A DNA stretch of 61,360 nt, counting the filler, from Platydemus manokwari (lineage: Eukaryota), in NCBI GenBank assembly GCA_037951405.1. It is 5 parts of 5 records of this genome, joined end to end, with 100 filler letters (N's around TTAATTAATTAA, not from the genome) between each part and the next. Parts side by side here need not be neighbours in the genome. Positions count along the whole stretch, not along the records: positions 1 to 18,098 come from JBBMOY010566662.1; positions 18,199 to 27,124 come from JBBMOY011328428.1; positions 27,225 to 41,646 come from JBBMOY011462530.1; 2 more parts are not named here. One strand, given 5' to 3'. The notes below the pieces were generated by a model, which saw nothing but the letters and a program-made list of their open reading frames with translations, searched no databases and was not told where the DNA came from. Below, one piece after another: positions 15,201 through 27,390 of the stretch; positions within the stretch are counted from its first letter, which is position 1; every line of letters starts with the position of its first letter. The position numbers and the translations under genes are program-made.

Positions 15201-17009
15201 GGTGTATGGAAAAAAATATACCGACTGGGATATGGTCAGATATCAGACCACAACAAAGAAGCATGATCTGATAAATAAAGAATCGAAAAATGAAACCCAG
15301 TCCCATAATACCTGACAACAGTGGCCTTATATAAATATGGCTGGGAAGAGAAGAAAAAAAATTGGGATAAAAAAGAACTGGATTAAATGCTTGAGATAAA
15401 TGTAGAACAAATCTAAGAAAAAATCTTTGAATTCCTTCGAGAGCTACAAATCAATTCAAAAGACATTTATAATTTAAATATGTATGATCCTTTCTTGACT
15501 TAGTATTAATTTAATTCTTAATAAATATTAACTTGATCCGATATGAGTGCTGATTTATGATTTATGAAAAGCATAAAATGGTAATAATAAAAAAATATAT
15601 TATTACTTATATAAATTGTATTATTTATGTCAAAATAGAATATAAAAAGACAAAAAAATTATTTAAATAAAATTTATAAATTCAGTAAATTTAAATCATT
15701 TTCAACTTGAAAAATTTATGATGTCAAGGAGCTCTTGAGTAGAGTATAAATTATTTAGGTTCAATGTATTAAAATGTATTAAAAATAAAAAAGATATTTG
15801 TGAGAGTGATGAAAAAATCCTAGATGCAAAGTGACTAACATTAGTTGGTATACAGCTATGAATTTTCATCACAAATCACTTTCATAAAAATTCATAAAAG
15901 AATAGTTTGAAAAAAATTAACCAGAGCAAAAAACTATAAAAGACAAAATCTTATTAATGATGATCTATTGCCAAAGCCGAAGTCATAAAGGAAACGAATC
16001 GTGTTGTAACTGTTGTGTTGGATTTTGGGGTTTATATATACTCTATGCAACAAATGAATTCGATTCAAGCAAATCTGATGTAAAATCAATTTAACCCTCT
16101 TGATAAATAAATGAAACGACAAGATTTTGAATAGAATAATCAATACATTACCACGAATAACGTAATGTTTATAGATAATACCTTAACCACTGCCATCCTC
16201 GATGAATGTATTGATTATTCGCAAAACTTTCTTAATTTGGATAAACTGATTCAAGCTTCCACGATGTTTAGGCCTCCAAAGACTCATCGACTGCTTTTAG
16301 TTCTTGACTTTACCCAAAGTGTTGTCTTTGTTCTAAATCTGACAACTTTAATTTGTAATGATCGATTTATATCTTTTGGTCAAACGATCACTAACTACAT
16401 CTTAGAACTACGGGGCTTGAAAGAATCTTTCGTTGTTGTCCAATATGAAGAATATGAAACTCGCGGTTCTGGAATTTTCTCAAATATTCTTTTATACGAT
16501 TATATGTTTAATTATATCAAAAATTGGCACTTTTGAATATCAATTTTGACATAATATTCAATTACTTGAATAATATGGATGGCTCTGATAATCTGTTAAA
16601 CACCGACAATGTTATAGAGAATAAGTACCGAAAATATTTTAAAAATACTGAATGAATGAGTAAAAATAACCTAACTTTAAAAAGCAGTATAAAAAGATGT
16701 CACGAAATTCCGAAAAAAGTCGAGAACTCCGACTCAAATGACATATTGAATGAAATTTTTAACTGCTTTCCAGATAAAATACAAAACCAATGATAATCGG
16801 AATAAACCATATTTATGATTAAGGAAAGGATTCAATTATAAAACTAACGATTGCAACAAGAAAATGAGAGAGACTATTAATGATATTGTTAATGATGACG
16901 AAATCAACACTCGATCATCTATTAATGATGTAATTAGTTGTTTTTCTCATGAAAAACCCAACACGACTGCTTAGGATTATAATAATCGGAATTGTAAAAC
17001 TGCCATTGA

Positions 17010-18098
17010 TAAATTAAGGTTAGAACCTATTCAACCGAGTGAAATTCTCTCTATTTTTAAATCAGCACATAATACCTCACCTGCCAGTGACAAAATTACA
17101 AACCGTGACCTTTCACTTTTAGACCCTGAAGGTATTCTTCGAACTCACTTTTTTTAATAAAGTCATTTCGACTCACAAATTTCCAGACGATTAGCGAAAG
17201 TTGAAGACAACCCTCATTCCAAAACCTGGTGAAGATGGTCAGTATAAAAATATAAATAAGTGGCTACCAATAGCTCTCTTATCAACTTCATACAAAATTT
17301 TTTAGTCAACCTTGACTAGAAGATTAGAGCATTGGATTATAGAAAATAACTTGCTCAACAGGAGTAAAAAATGTGGTTCCAAATACGAGGGTTCTATTGA
17401 ACACAACGCTATTCTAAATGCTGCTTTTGAACATTCAAAATATACTCGACACTTTTCCATTTCTGTTGCTTGGCTTGACATTGCAAACGGCTTTCCCAGT
17501 GTCCTACATAAATGTCTATGGGGTCTGCTGCATTTTATAGATGTGAATGACTCTTTTGTCAATATTCTTGAACTGTTCTATACTGATATAAGCTCATTTT
17601 ATGTTTGTAAACCTATTACTATGCTAGATTTTCTTATTCAAAGAGGAGTCAAACAGAGGTGTCCTATATTGATGACTCTGTTTGCTTTGGCAAACTAACC
17701 CGGTACTTGAAGCCATTAAAATTTTATCAGTTCCTAATTTCTCAATGGGAATTAGTTCCGTTAAGGTTCTAGCTTACGCTGATGATATTGCTTTGATTGC
17801 CAATAATACTTCTGATCTTCCAAAACTAATTGATAAAGCTGTTGAAATAACTGAATGGCCTGGTTTACAATACCACCCAGACAAACGTGCCTTTACAAGT
17901 TTACCACACAAAAACACTGATGATGTAATATCTATCAATAATGTAAATGTTAAAGGATTGTTGACTAAAGAATTTTACATGTATCTTGGTGTTCCAGTCG
18001 ATGATAAAAATGATCAATCTTCTTACGAGATTTTGAACAAACTTGTAATTGATCTTGGTAAAATTGTCAATTCTGATTTATGGGATTGACAAAAGCTT
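17010..18098 (+). mobile_element. Degenerate non-LTR retrotransposon reverse transcriptase, NeSL/Utopia-like (RLE-type clade), truncated by contig end
   Basis: Across frameshifts and stops: NTSPASDKIT..LDPEG, TTLIPKPG..KWLPIALLSTSYKIF, YEGSIEHN, AWLDIANGFPSV, RGVKQRCP, LAYADDIAL, YMYLGVPV..DQS, NSDLWD*QKL. The EGxxEHN, AWLDxANAFGSV and LxPWQK-like motifs are typical of NeSL-clade elements. Confidence 0.88.
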
Positions 18099-18198
18099 NN
18101 NNNNNNNNNNNNNNNNNNNNNNNNNNNNNNNNNNNNNNNNNNTTAATTAATTAANNNNNNNNNNNNNNNNNNNNNNNNNNNNNNNNNNNNNNNNNNNN
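18099..18198. other. Artificial contig spacer (N44-TTAATTAATTAA-N44)
   Basis: Exactly 100 bp. The palindromic core gives stop codons in all six frames. Identical at four places. Confidence 0.98.
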
Positions 18199-18689
18199 TT
18201 TATTAAAATTATATTGAGATGATTATCAACTACTTAACAGACGAGCAAGATATCTTTGTTTCGTTTCACACTTTTTCTAAATATAATATATGATAATGAA
18301 AGAAAAAATTGTGAAATAAATATTTAAATTTAAATTTATTGTAACTGAATAATGATTGGATTAAAAATAAAATAAATTATTTTATTTTTGTTATGTAAAA
18401 ATGCCGATAATTATTGAAATAAATTATGCAGAGAGAAATTGGTATAACATTGAAAATAATAATGTTGCATTAAATGTCAAATGCAGTCAAATTCGGTTAA
18501 TATCACATCAATCGATTCAGAAAAAATAATGTTATCGATGTTGTTTTCTAAACTATTAATTTTAACTGATTTTATAAAATCATAAACATGACTTAAAAAT
18601 TAACTACAAGCAATACATCATACAGTCATTTTGACCTAGAAGTGGTTCGTGGAGTCAGTGATAATTATTCATACTAGAGCGGCCAATAT

Positions 18690-18760
18690 ATATCTTTAAC
18701 TGTTTCTTGAAAATTGCTTCTCATCTTTCGTCAATCCAGGTTTACCATTTTTTATTACAT
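18690..18760 (-). pseudogene. Candidate endogenous viral element: Mononegavirales L RdRp motif A-like fragment
   Basis: Minus-strand MVNLD*RKMRSNFQET has the D-x-x-K-x-x-x-N-[FW]-[RQ] spacing of L motif A (e.g. paramyxovirus TTDLKKYCLNWR). Short and contains a stop. Confidence 0.35.
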
Positions 18761-20900
18761 TAGGAGATTCAAGAATACCAAAAATAAATTTATATAGCGA
18801 TTTAAAACGAAATATATTACTAGTATGTCTCCATTAAATGCCGAATGGATTTTCGATTATGGTAATATTCAAAAAGCTGTTGTTCCAATGTACTTTTTAT
18901 AACTTGAATTTTTTCGATGACTACTTTAGTTAGATTTTTCTAAAATATATCGAATATTTTTGGATAACATCATTTAAGTGAAATGTTATTGACTATTGTT
19001 GAACTTATATCAAGAAGAATTACACCTGCATTTTAGTGAGGTCGTGTTAATTCGATCAAAAACTTAGTTCTTCAGTTATCTGAAATAGTAGTTTTTAAAG
19101 TCATCAATCATGGAGGTTGAGAGTTAACAGTTAATGAGTTAGTATTTTTTGTTGTATATTTCGAAGTTAGTATCATGGGAGTTTTGTGCAGAGTGTTGCA
19201 ATTTGAGTTCATAATATTATTATGTTATCTTCATTATTTTTGATAAACACAACAATTCTTGTATCTTTAAAGTTGTCCAATCAAAAGATATCATTTTACT
19301 CTCCATGGCGGCAATTAATTTAAGCCAGATTAATAATCGAATTTATATTTACACTAATCCAAAGAATATGCTCATCTTCTATCGACTAATTAAATGCCAT
19401 TTAGTTCATAATCGTGTTAATCTTTTGTATAATAACCGAAATGTCTAATTCGCGTTTTTACGATTACGATATTTGTATTTTTTCCCTCCTATTCCGACTC
19501 AATAGTATCAAAAAGAATCTTTATTTGATTTCTTTTTTAATCACCTCTATACCATAATGGTCATATCAGATGATATTTCGCAATTACAATAACTACAATA
19601 CAAATCTCAACGTAAAAACAAAGCAGTAATTATAATTATTGTATTATTATAATTATAATAGCTCTAATAATTATAATAAAATTCAATATATAAATTAACA
19701 ATATTAATTAAAGGACCTGCGTGGGAAGGTTAATATTAGATAAAATATTCTACGAATAACTCAGATATTTGTTGACACAAATGTCGAAACCAAGGAAGCC
19801 ACGATATATCTAGTTTCAACGAATTATGCAATTCAATTTCTTATTTAGATCTAGTTTCATTAATATGCTTATCGACATATTTTTAGTCTCGATATTCTCG
19901 ATATTTTCAACGGTTTAACAGTTAACGAAAATCACAAATAACAACCTCATATCACCATTATCATCGATAGGTTTGTTTCTTTTTGAATATATTTGTAGTT
20001 AGAAATTGGATTTTTTCGAATTTTACAACTTTCGATCAAAGAAAATCATGAACAAATCATCAAATCAACTACAAATATAAATTGTAATTTATTATAAATA
20101 TTAGCAATATATATATCAATACGAACATTCTATGATTTCCATCAATCACAAAATAATAATTCTAAAACGGTACAGATAATTACAAATATCAATGACAAAA
20201 TTAAGGCATGGCAAAGTGAGATATTAGATCTGTTCTGACGACACAGAATTATTTCAATGATTGATAGTTTTACGGTCAATCGGTCGCAATGATTTTGTTC
20301 CGGTCCAATGAATTTGGAGATTTTGGTCTTTGAAACTACTCGAATTTAATACAAATAAATACAAAATTTCAAGAAAAATTATTAAAATCAACTTTTTAAT
20401 TAAATGCTCATTATGCTACTTCAAATGGAATTAATTTACTGAGCTTGGATATTGGCGAGAATATGAAGAACTTAATTGCATATCAATTTTAGCTTTGAAG
20501 AAACTATATAATTCATTAATTATGAGTAAGTTATGGTGGTTACAGTGAATGATATTAGTTCTATAACAATCAATAAGTTTCATTGTATATCCAGTTCTTT
20601 GTTATATTGTCGTTACGGTCTGGCACGTAGTAGAAATGTAGGTTAAATGGGATATTTACACTGCGCGTAACTATGACAGTTTATTTTCTATCAATCAATT
20701 GATAGCATTTTATCTCAAACAAAAGCAGAAAGAAATAATTGTGTTAAAAATTTTAAAATGATAATTCAGTAGTAGATTCAACACGTTTGATAAAATGGAT
20801 TGTGGTTTGAAATTATGTAGAAGTTTTATAAATTAAGTTCCAAGACAATGTCATTGATTATTCTAAAGGAAATTAAAACAAAAATAGCAAAGATTTTAAG

Positions 20901-21690
20901 TTATCACCAAAGTCAATTCTTACATTTTTAACCACCTTTAATATTGCCGCTCGTAATTCGATTAAAATGTTTGATCTCGGTATTTTTCGTTTAAATGATT
21001 TACTTATCTTTAAAAACATTTGACCATGATGTGCAGAAACTCTTATATTTGACCACCAAGTTCGAATTTTTTCATTAGATATTGCTCCATTAAGCGATAG
21101 TTGTGTATCTTAGATGTTTATATTCATCATCAGCAACAACGTAAACTATATTGAAAAGTAACGGGCACCCTTTATATTTCTGTTTATCAGTAACTTAAGG
21201 ACGCGTTAAATCTTCATATTGAACCATATCAAATTCATTGGATTATATTAAAAATAATTATTTTTATCATTCAGTGATTATAAAATTTCATTCAATGCAC
21301 TTACAATCGGATATATTATTCCTTTTTAATGACCTGATAATAAAGAAAAATTATTTTGACTGAAGATGATAATTATTGGGATTATCATAAGCCATTTTAT
21401 TTTTACTAAGTAGCCAATAGAAATTTTTCATTTTTGTTGACCAAATAACAAGCCATCACCTTTAAGTTAATAAACTTATTTGTGATTTATGGTATATTTA
21501 TTCTATTAGGGTCTTAGAGGATTGTAGGTACCATATTTTGTTCAGTTAAATCCCATTCCAATTTATTATTTATACAAAACTACACCAACTACTGATATTT
21601 AATTACAATATCGGTTCTGATTGCATATTGATTTGGTTGCTCTACCGAATCACATCTCACCGAAAATTATTGAAATCTAATTCACACGAC
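20901..21690 (+). pseudogene. Candidate endogenous viral element: degenerate Mononegavirales L polymerase N-terminal/RdRp region
   Basis: Colinear motifs across frameshifts: LSPKSILTFLTTFNIAARN (20901), LKSNGHPLY (GHP, 21163), RNFSFLLTK*QAIT (DKA[IL]-like, 21419), S*RIVGTIF (SRRLV-like, 21512), ISPKIIEI*FTR (KE[RK]E[IL]K-like, 21654). Order and approximate spacing follow L conserved regions I-III. Confidence 0.5.
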
Positions 21691-23436
21691 AAGAGATTTA
21701 CGATGGGTGTATTGGATAATCAACACACATGAAGAGTGGATTATCATATGGGGAAAATGTACTCATTCTATAGTGACCAATTTCAACGATAATAAGTTTT
21801 AAAAGTAAACATCTCGAAAAATTTAATTTTAAAATTTTAATTTAGCTCTAGGACTTCCGTTATTATTTTTTTTTAAAATTTTTTTAACAGATAACTTTAA
21901 TGAGCATTTATTTCGTCATGTAAATGATTTGAAGCATTATCAAATCATAATATCATTGATTGAGATGAAAGAGAGAATGTGCAAAATTTTTCTTTTACAC
22001 GATTGCCTCTTTTCTATTGCTCTTCGATGGTCATAAAGTAAACATAAATCGTCTTTAATTTTTTATATTTATTTTAAAATTAACTTAATCAATCTGGAAA
22101 TTACTATTAATAAATTGCTTTCATTGAGCAGCTATATAAATCGAGTGATGTTTTCTAATATCATACAAATCAAATTCATTTCTTTTATCAACTCTATTTA
22201 AACAAATAATTGTTTTACAGTTTCCGTGGATAATTTCAATGAATTCTTCGAACGTGCTTACAAATAAAAGAAGTATTGGCTTAAGATTTTCCAAGAAAAT
22301 TTATAACAATTTCAACATAAAGAATTTATATATTTCTGTTTTGACATTTTTCCAAGAAATTCAAGCACAGAGAATCCACAATAATTTAAAATATTTTATA
22401 AAATTAAGATTTAATTTAATGTAATTAAGGGAATTTTGACTTGCATGACCGACTAAGAGATGAAACAGTTGCAGTTATTGTAAATGTAAGAAAACAATAA
22501 AATTTTAAAAGATAATAAAAGTGAATTCGTAATAATTAATAAAATAAAATAAAACCGCAGCAAGATTTAAACGAAAGTAAAATACAAATTCGACTTTGGG
22601 GTCGAACCGAGGCTTGTTTTGACTTACTGAAAACTTGATTTAATAATATTTAATAAAGGTCTATTGTAATAATACTTTATAATTGAAACAGTTGTAGCAG
22701 CTAATCATAATTTTGATTCAATAAAAATTAATCACTTTTCCATTTTCAATGTACTATATTATTTCTGAATATTTTGCGAATTTCTTCGACACATTATTTT
22801 GTTGGGTTTGTGTTGTTAAAATGTTCTTCAAACTCAACAGTATGTGTTCTTGATGAATTCTAGTCTATTGGCTATACAAATCTAAACAATTTAGCTAATT
22901 TTTCATAAACAATAAGCAAAATTATTTATAAAAATTTATTGAATTAAATCTTATTTTTACAACAAATAAAGTTAAAAATAAACTGAGGCTATTGAATTTT
23001 ATAAAACCACACCGGTAATTCTTGTTAAGATCGCAAGAAATTTCATATTTCCTTGAAGGTCCACGAATTATTTGTTCGATGTATACCTCAATCGATTTTT
23101 GTCTAGTTTTTGAACGATTTGACTGTTGCACGTTTGTTCTTGTATAAAGTATTTAAATTTGGTTTCTTTGACACAGTGATTAACTACAGATTTTTTTTAT
23201 CAATTTTTGGTACATTGTCTCATTAATCATGTTATTTGTTCTGCCATTTACCATTTTAAAATTATTTATGGTACTTTGCACCGTTACTAATTCCAGATTT
23301 GATTTATTTATATTATTTTACTAATTTAATTTAATTTTACTTCAATAAATTTTATCTTATAAATTTTATTTCTTTCATCTAAATATTAAATATATATTTA
23401 CAAAAAATTATCCAAACTATCTAAGACAATCTAAAC

Positions 23437-23766
23437 CATTGGTTTTCACACTTTTTGTGTTACGATCCACTTTAGGTGTCCAAATTTTTTCGCCACCCTA
23501 GGGACTAAAATAAATATAATTTTTTAATAAAATTTTTCTTAACAGCAAAAACTTAAAATTTATTTAATAATAACAACGATGTTGCACACCCTGACATAAT
23601 ACATCAAATCTTGGCTCTATTTCTGTGATGCCTGGTCTCAGTACTAATTCCAGGTCTTTAAAATTCGACCGATATTTTGTTTTAATATAAGTCAATGTCA
23701 AATATGAAATTTCTCGCGTCCTCATGATCCCTTGGTATGTCGCGCCCCCCCTTTTGAAGAACACTG
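23437..23766. mobile_element. Non-autonomous hAT (Charlie-type) MITE, 330 bp
   Basis: Imperfect TIRs: left CATTGGTTTTCACAC, right TTTGAAGAACACTG (reverse complement CAGTGTTCTTCAAA). Perfect 8-bp TSD ATCTAAAC at 23429-23436 and 23767-23774, fitting the NTCTARAN target preference. Confidence 0.85.
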
Positions 23767-25255
23767 ATCTAAACTATACAAAAATATAATAAGTCCTTTA
23801 TAATTATATTGGATTGAAATATTCACAACGAGATTCTGGTTGAGATTTGGAATGTCTTTTTGGTTGTTAGGTAATGGCTTCCATACTTCATGCCTTCTAG
23901 TTTTTATATGCTGTATCTCTTTATTTTTTTCAGATTCTCCTAGACATTTTTAGCTTGCTCTCTGCTACCATGTTTATAGGCCAATTTCTTTCTATCATTT
24001 TTTATTTTCTGTTATCCCATGTTTCTTAGTTGCTGTTGCATATCTTGCCGAATATGTTTCGACAACCTTTTTCTTCCATCGATCATATGAAATGCCGAAC
24101 TAAACCACATTTTTTCATTCTCATCTGTCTTGTTATCTGAGTACACCATTAATCTGCCCCTTGTTAACTTTTTTGAATTTTGCTTTTGGCTGGCTCCAAT
24201 AATTAGACTGAAAAAGTTAATATATATTTGTACTAAAATAGTTAACATTTTGAAAATGTTAAAATCTTAATAATGATTATATTATTTAATAGGATGTCAG
24301 CCTAATAAATAAAATTCATTGATTTAAAATCAATGATTTCAAAACTAAATGAATAACAGTAATTCCTTAACCTCTATTATGTAAAATTTTATACATTGAT
24401 ATTCATGTTAAATAGACCGATAATTAATTCACACATGTACATGATCTTTCGATATAACAACCCTGGATTCATGGTCATTCTTCCATATTACAAATAATAT
24501 GAGATTCATATTTAAAGTTCTAAAGATAATTTTTTCAGTTTACGATAGAAGTGAAGTATTAATGTGAAAATGATTAATTTTTTTCATTGATTTTATTTGT
24601 GAGATTTTATTTAGAATCCTGATGCAATTGTTTACTGATAAATGATTTTCAACGGAATATAAAACCGATTTCTAAAATAAAATGATAAATTCTAATCTTT
24701 ATTATCAACATTTTAATTTTAAAGAATTTTGACTTGATAATTGATTGTAACAAAATAAAATTATTTTTTTCAAAACTTTTTGAATTTATTTTAGTAATTT
24801 CATGCATTTTTGTATAAATAGATTTTTAATAAGACATGTGTCGTCATCTGAATTAGTATTTAAATTATGCAGGAATCTTTGATAATTATTATCATTTCCA
24901 TAATTATTATAAATGCAAATTTATAATTTTTATTAATTTAGGGAGCAAAAGCAGCAATTGAAGAATTTATTGAGAAGCAGAAGCAGAATAATTTAACAAC
25001 TAAATAGACTTGTAAATATTTACTTTATTTATTCACTTAGAATAGTCAAGATAAACTTTATTAGACTGAATTTATCATATATTTAAATGAAAATAAAATT
25101 TTTCATTGTCATTTTAATAAAATATGATTTCTTATTTAAATTTGTACAGCATTCGTGTTTTAATATGCTAACGTATACAATTTTAAGTTTGGCAAACTTT
25201 TATAATATTTTTCATTGGTCAAAAATTTCTTAACGAGATACCTGTTTTATTGAAA

Positions 25256-25444
25256 ATGTCACAAACACCACCTAGAGAAGATTTAAATACAGTTTCATTT
25301 ACGAGTTGTGATTCTGAAAATGTTGAAAATCGTAAAAGACATTTGACAGCAAAATACGATAGAAAACAGAGGCAAGTGATTAACAGAAGGATTAAATTGG
25401 AAGATTATGTTTATGAGTCAATTCGGCAATTATACAATTGTAAA
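25256..25444 (+). CDS. PPP1R14: First coding exon of a PP1 inhibitor, PPP1R14 (CPI-17/PHI-1) family; rest incomplete or decayed
   Basis: MSQTPP...RKRHLTAKYDRKQRQVINRRIKLEDYVYESIRQLYNCK followed by a GTAAGT donor. Matches the family motif RRQGKVTVKYDRKELRKRLNLEEWI..QL..LY.C, including the phospho-Thr. A possible shortened exon 2 (ADYCILDVDEKQQFIL) starts at about 25889. Confidence 0.7.
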
Positions 25445-26532
25445 GTAAGTGTTATATATTTGATTTGATTTAAATTTTTATTTCAATTAAAAAAACTGGA
25501 ATATAATTAAATAATAATAATGAAAATAATTTTTTTATTTACATGACTTAAGTTAAAAAATTCTGTTTTTTAAGTTGGAAACTATTAGAATGAAATTAGA
25601 AACCAATGTTAGATATTTATTTGAATCGAATTTTTTTAAATTAAAAAAAAATCAATAAACGTATTTTTGATTCAATATAATGTCAATCATCAATCCTTTG
25701 AAAATAGTTTTTAATGAAATTATTAATTCGCCGAGAAACCGAAAATTGATGAAAAATGAATTTATTTCACCTGCACATTTATTGTTAATAGCAGCAATAT
25801 ATAAAATATATCAACCATATGCTTACCGATGTGTGTAAAATCTTGTGATTTATTTCTAATGAATAGTAGTAGATTATTATTTTTTGAGGCGGATTATTGC
25901 ATTCTAGATGTAGATGAAAAGCAGCAATTTATTTTACCAATTGTTATTAATATATGGTGTGTGGTCTACTATAAATCTGTTGCAAATCTACCAAGTAGAC
26001 ATACATACACGTCACTATGACTCATTAAACGCACTGCGGTCTTCTCATTATTCTATTTTTGTGATCAGAAATTTAACCGTTGTTCGACTTTCCTCATACG
26101 TGTCTACGATTAATTTGATTTCGATGATTAATTTGAAGGTAAATGTCGTCGATCGATAGACTTTCAATGAGCTCTGTAATTTGTGAGGTAAATTGTAGGT
26201 TTTGGAAAATTATACCGACTTTCATTGTCGGAAATTGTAAATTGATAAACAATTTTAATTGATTCTGTGCGTCAGTTTTTTGTACAACTTCTCATCACAT
26301 ATATTCTCAATTATTGGACCTAAAATGATACCAGTGATATAATCGATATGGTTTCTTTGATAATTTGTTTCAATATCTCTTTCTTTTAGTCAAATGAAAT
26401 TGATATTGTAACAGTTTCAGTTGTATTGATAATTTGATATTTTATTTCAATAACAATATTAAACTCATCGGTTTATAGTATTTCTACAACTAGGGGACTT
26501 TATTTACAAAATATATTTGTTTATATTATGGT

Positions 26533-26950
26533 TGTGAGGACTTATGATGAATATATAAAATATTAATTTATTTGAATAATTATAATTAAAATATAATTTG
26601 GTGTCGTAACTTTGAAAAATAGTAACGGCTTACATGGCGACTACGCATTTTGGATTCGACTCTAATACGATTTATGACTGAAAATTATAGAAGAGAAGGA
26701 GGAAGACATAGAAAATATGTAAAGAAGATAAAGCGAAGTTGTATGGAGGATGTAGAGAAGAAAAAGTGAAATTATAAAGATATAAAGCAGGCATAAAGAA
26801 GAAAAAAAGAAGGTATAAAATGGATATAGAAAAGTTATAGAGAAGATATAAAGTAGGAAAGAAATATCAATTTTATATAGATAAATGTCTTAAAAATTTG
26901 ATAGAGAGATAATCAGAGAAAATCAAAGGGGGGAAATGGGGACTTATTGT
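26533..26950 (+). mobile_element. TRIM-like miniature LTR element, copy 1 (5' LTR, PBS, internal region, PPT, start of 3' LTR)
   Basis: LTR TGTGAGGACTTAT...AACGGCTTACA (26533-26634), PBS-like TGGCGACTACGC at 26635, purine-rich internal region, PPT AAAGGGGGGAAA (26925-26936), then TGGGGACTTAT. Confidence 0.7.
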
Positions 26951-27124
26951 ATATTCTATTCCAATTATATTCCATTCAAATAGCAGTATTAAACTAATGG
27001 GTTTACAATATTTCTACAACCGGGAGCCGGTATTTACAAAATATATTTATTTATTAGGCTGAGTCAAAAGTTATTCATGTTTTTTAGTTGTTTAAAGTTT
27101 TTGTTTTACCAAATCATTTAAACA

Positions 27125-27224
27125 NNNNNNNNNNNNNNNNNNNNNNNNNNNNNNNNNNNNNNNNNNNNTTAATTAATTAANNNNNNNNNNNNNNNNNNNN
27201 NNNNNNNNNNNNNNNNNNNNNNNN
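27125..27224. other. Artificial contig spacer
   Basis: N44-TTAATTAATTAA-N44. Confidence 0.98.
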
Positions 27225-27390
27225 TTGAATTTATATTTATCATACTGTTTCAACTATAATTTATAATTTCCAACCTATATCTTTATTTCTGACTTTTATT
27301 CGTATATGATTGTTTTAATAATATTTGATATAATTTTTTTAAAATTTATGAACATATTTTGAGCAATTTAGTGTTTTTCAATTTTATTTA

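Noticed and set aside
15170-15535. Possible solo LTR (TATA box, purine run, AATAAA)
   Set aside because: No defined TG...CA ends, TSD or second copy.
18143-18154. Palindromic TTAATTAATTAA repeated four times, as a possible regulatory or recombination site
   Set aside because: Always centred in exactly 100-bp N spacers; it is an assembly linker with six-frame stops.
22590-22616. tRNA B-box-like GGTTCGACCCC on the minus strand
   Set aside because: No cloverleaf or A box; at most a SINE/tRNA relic.
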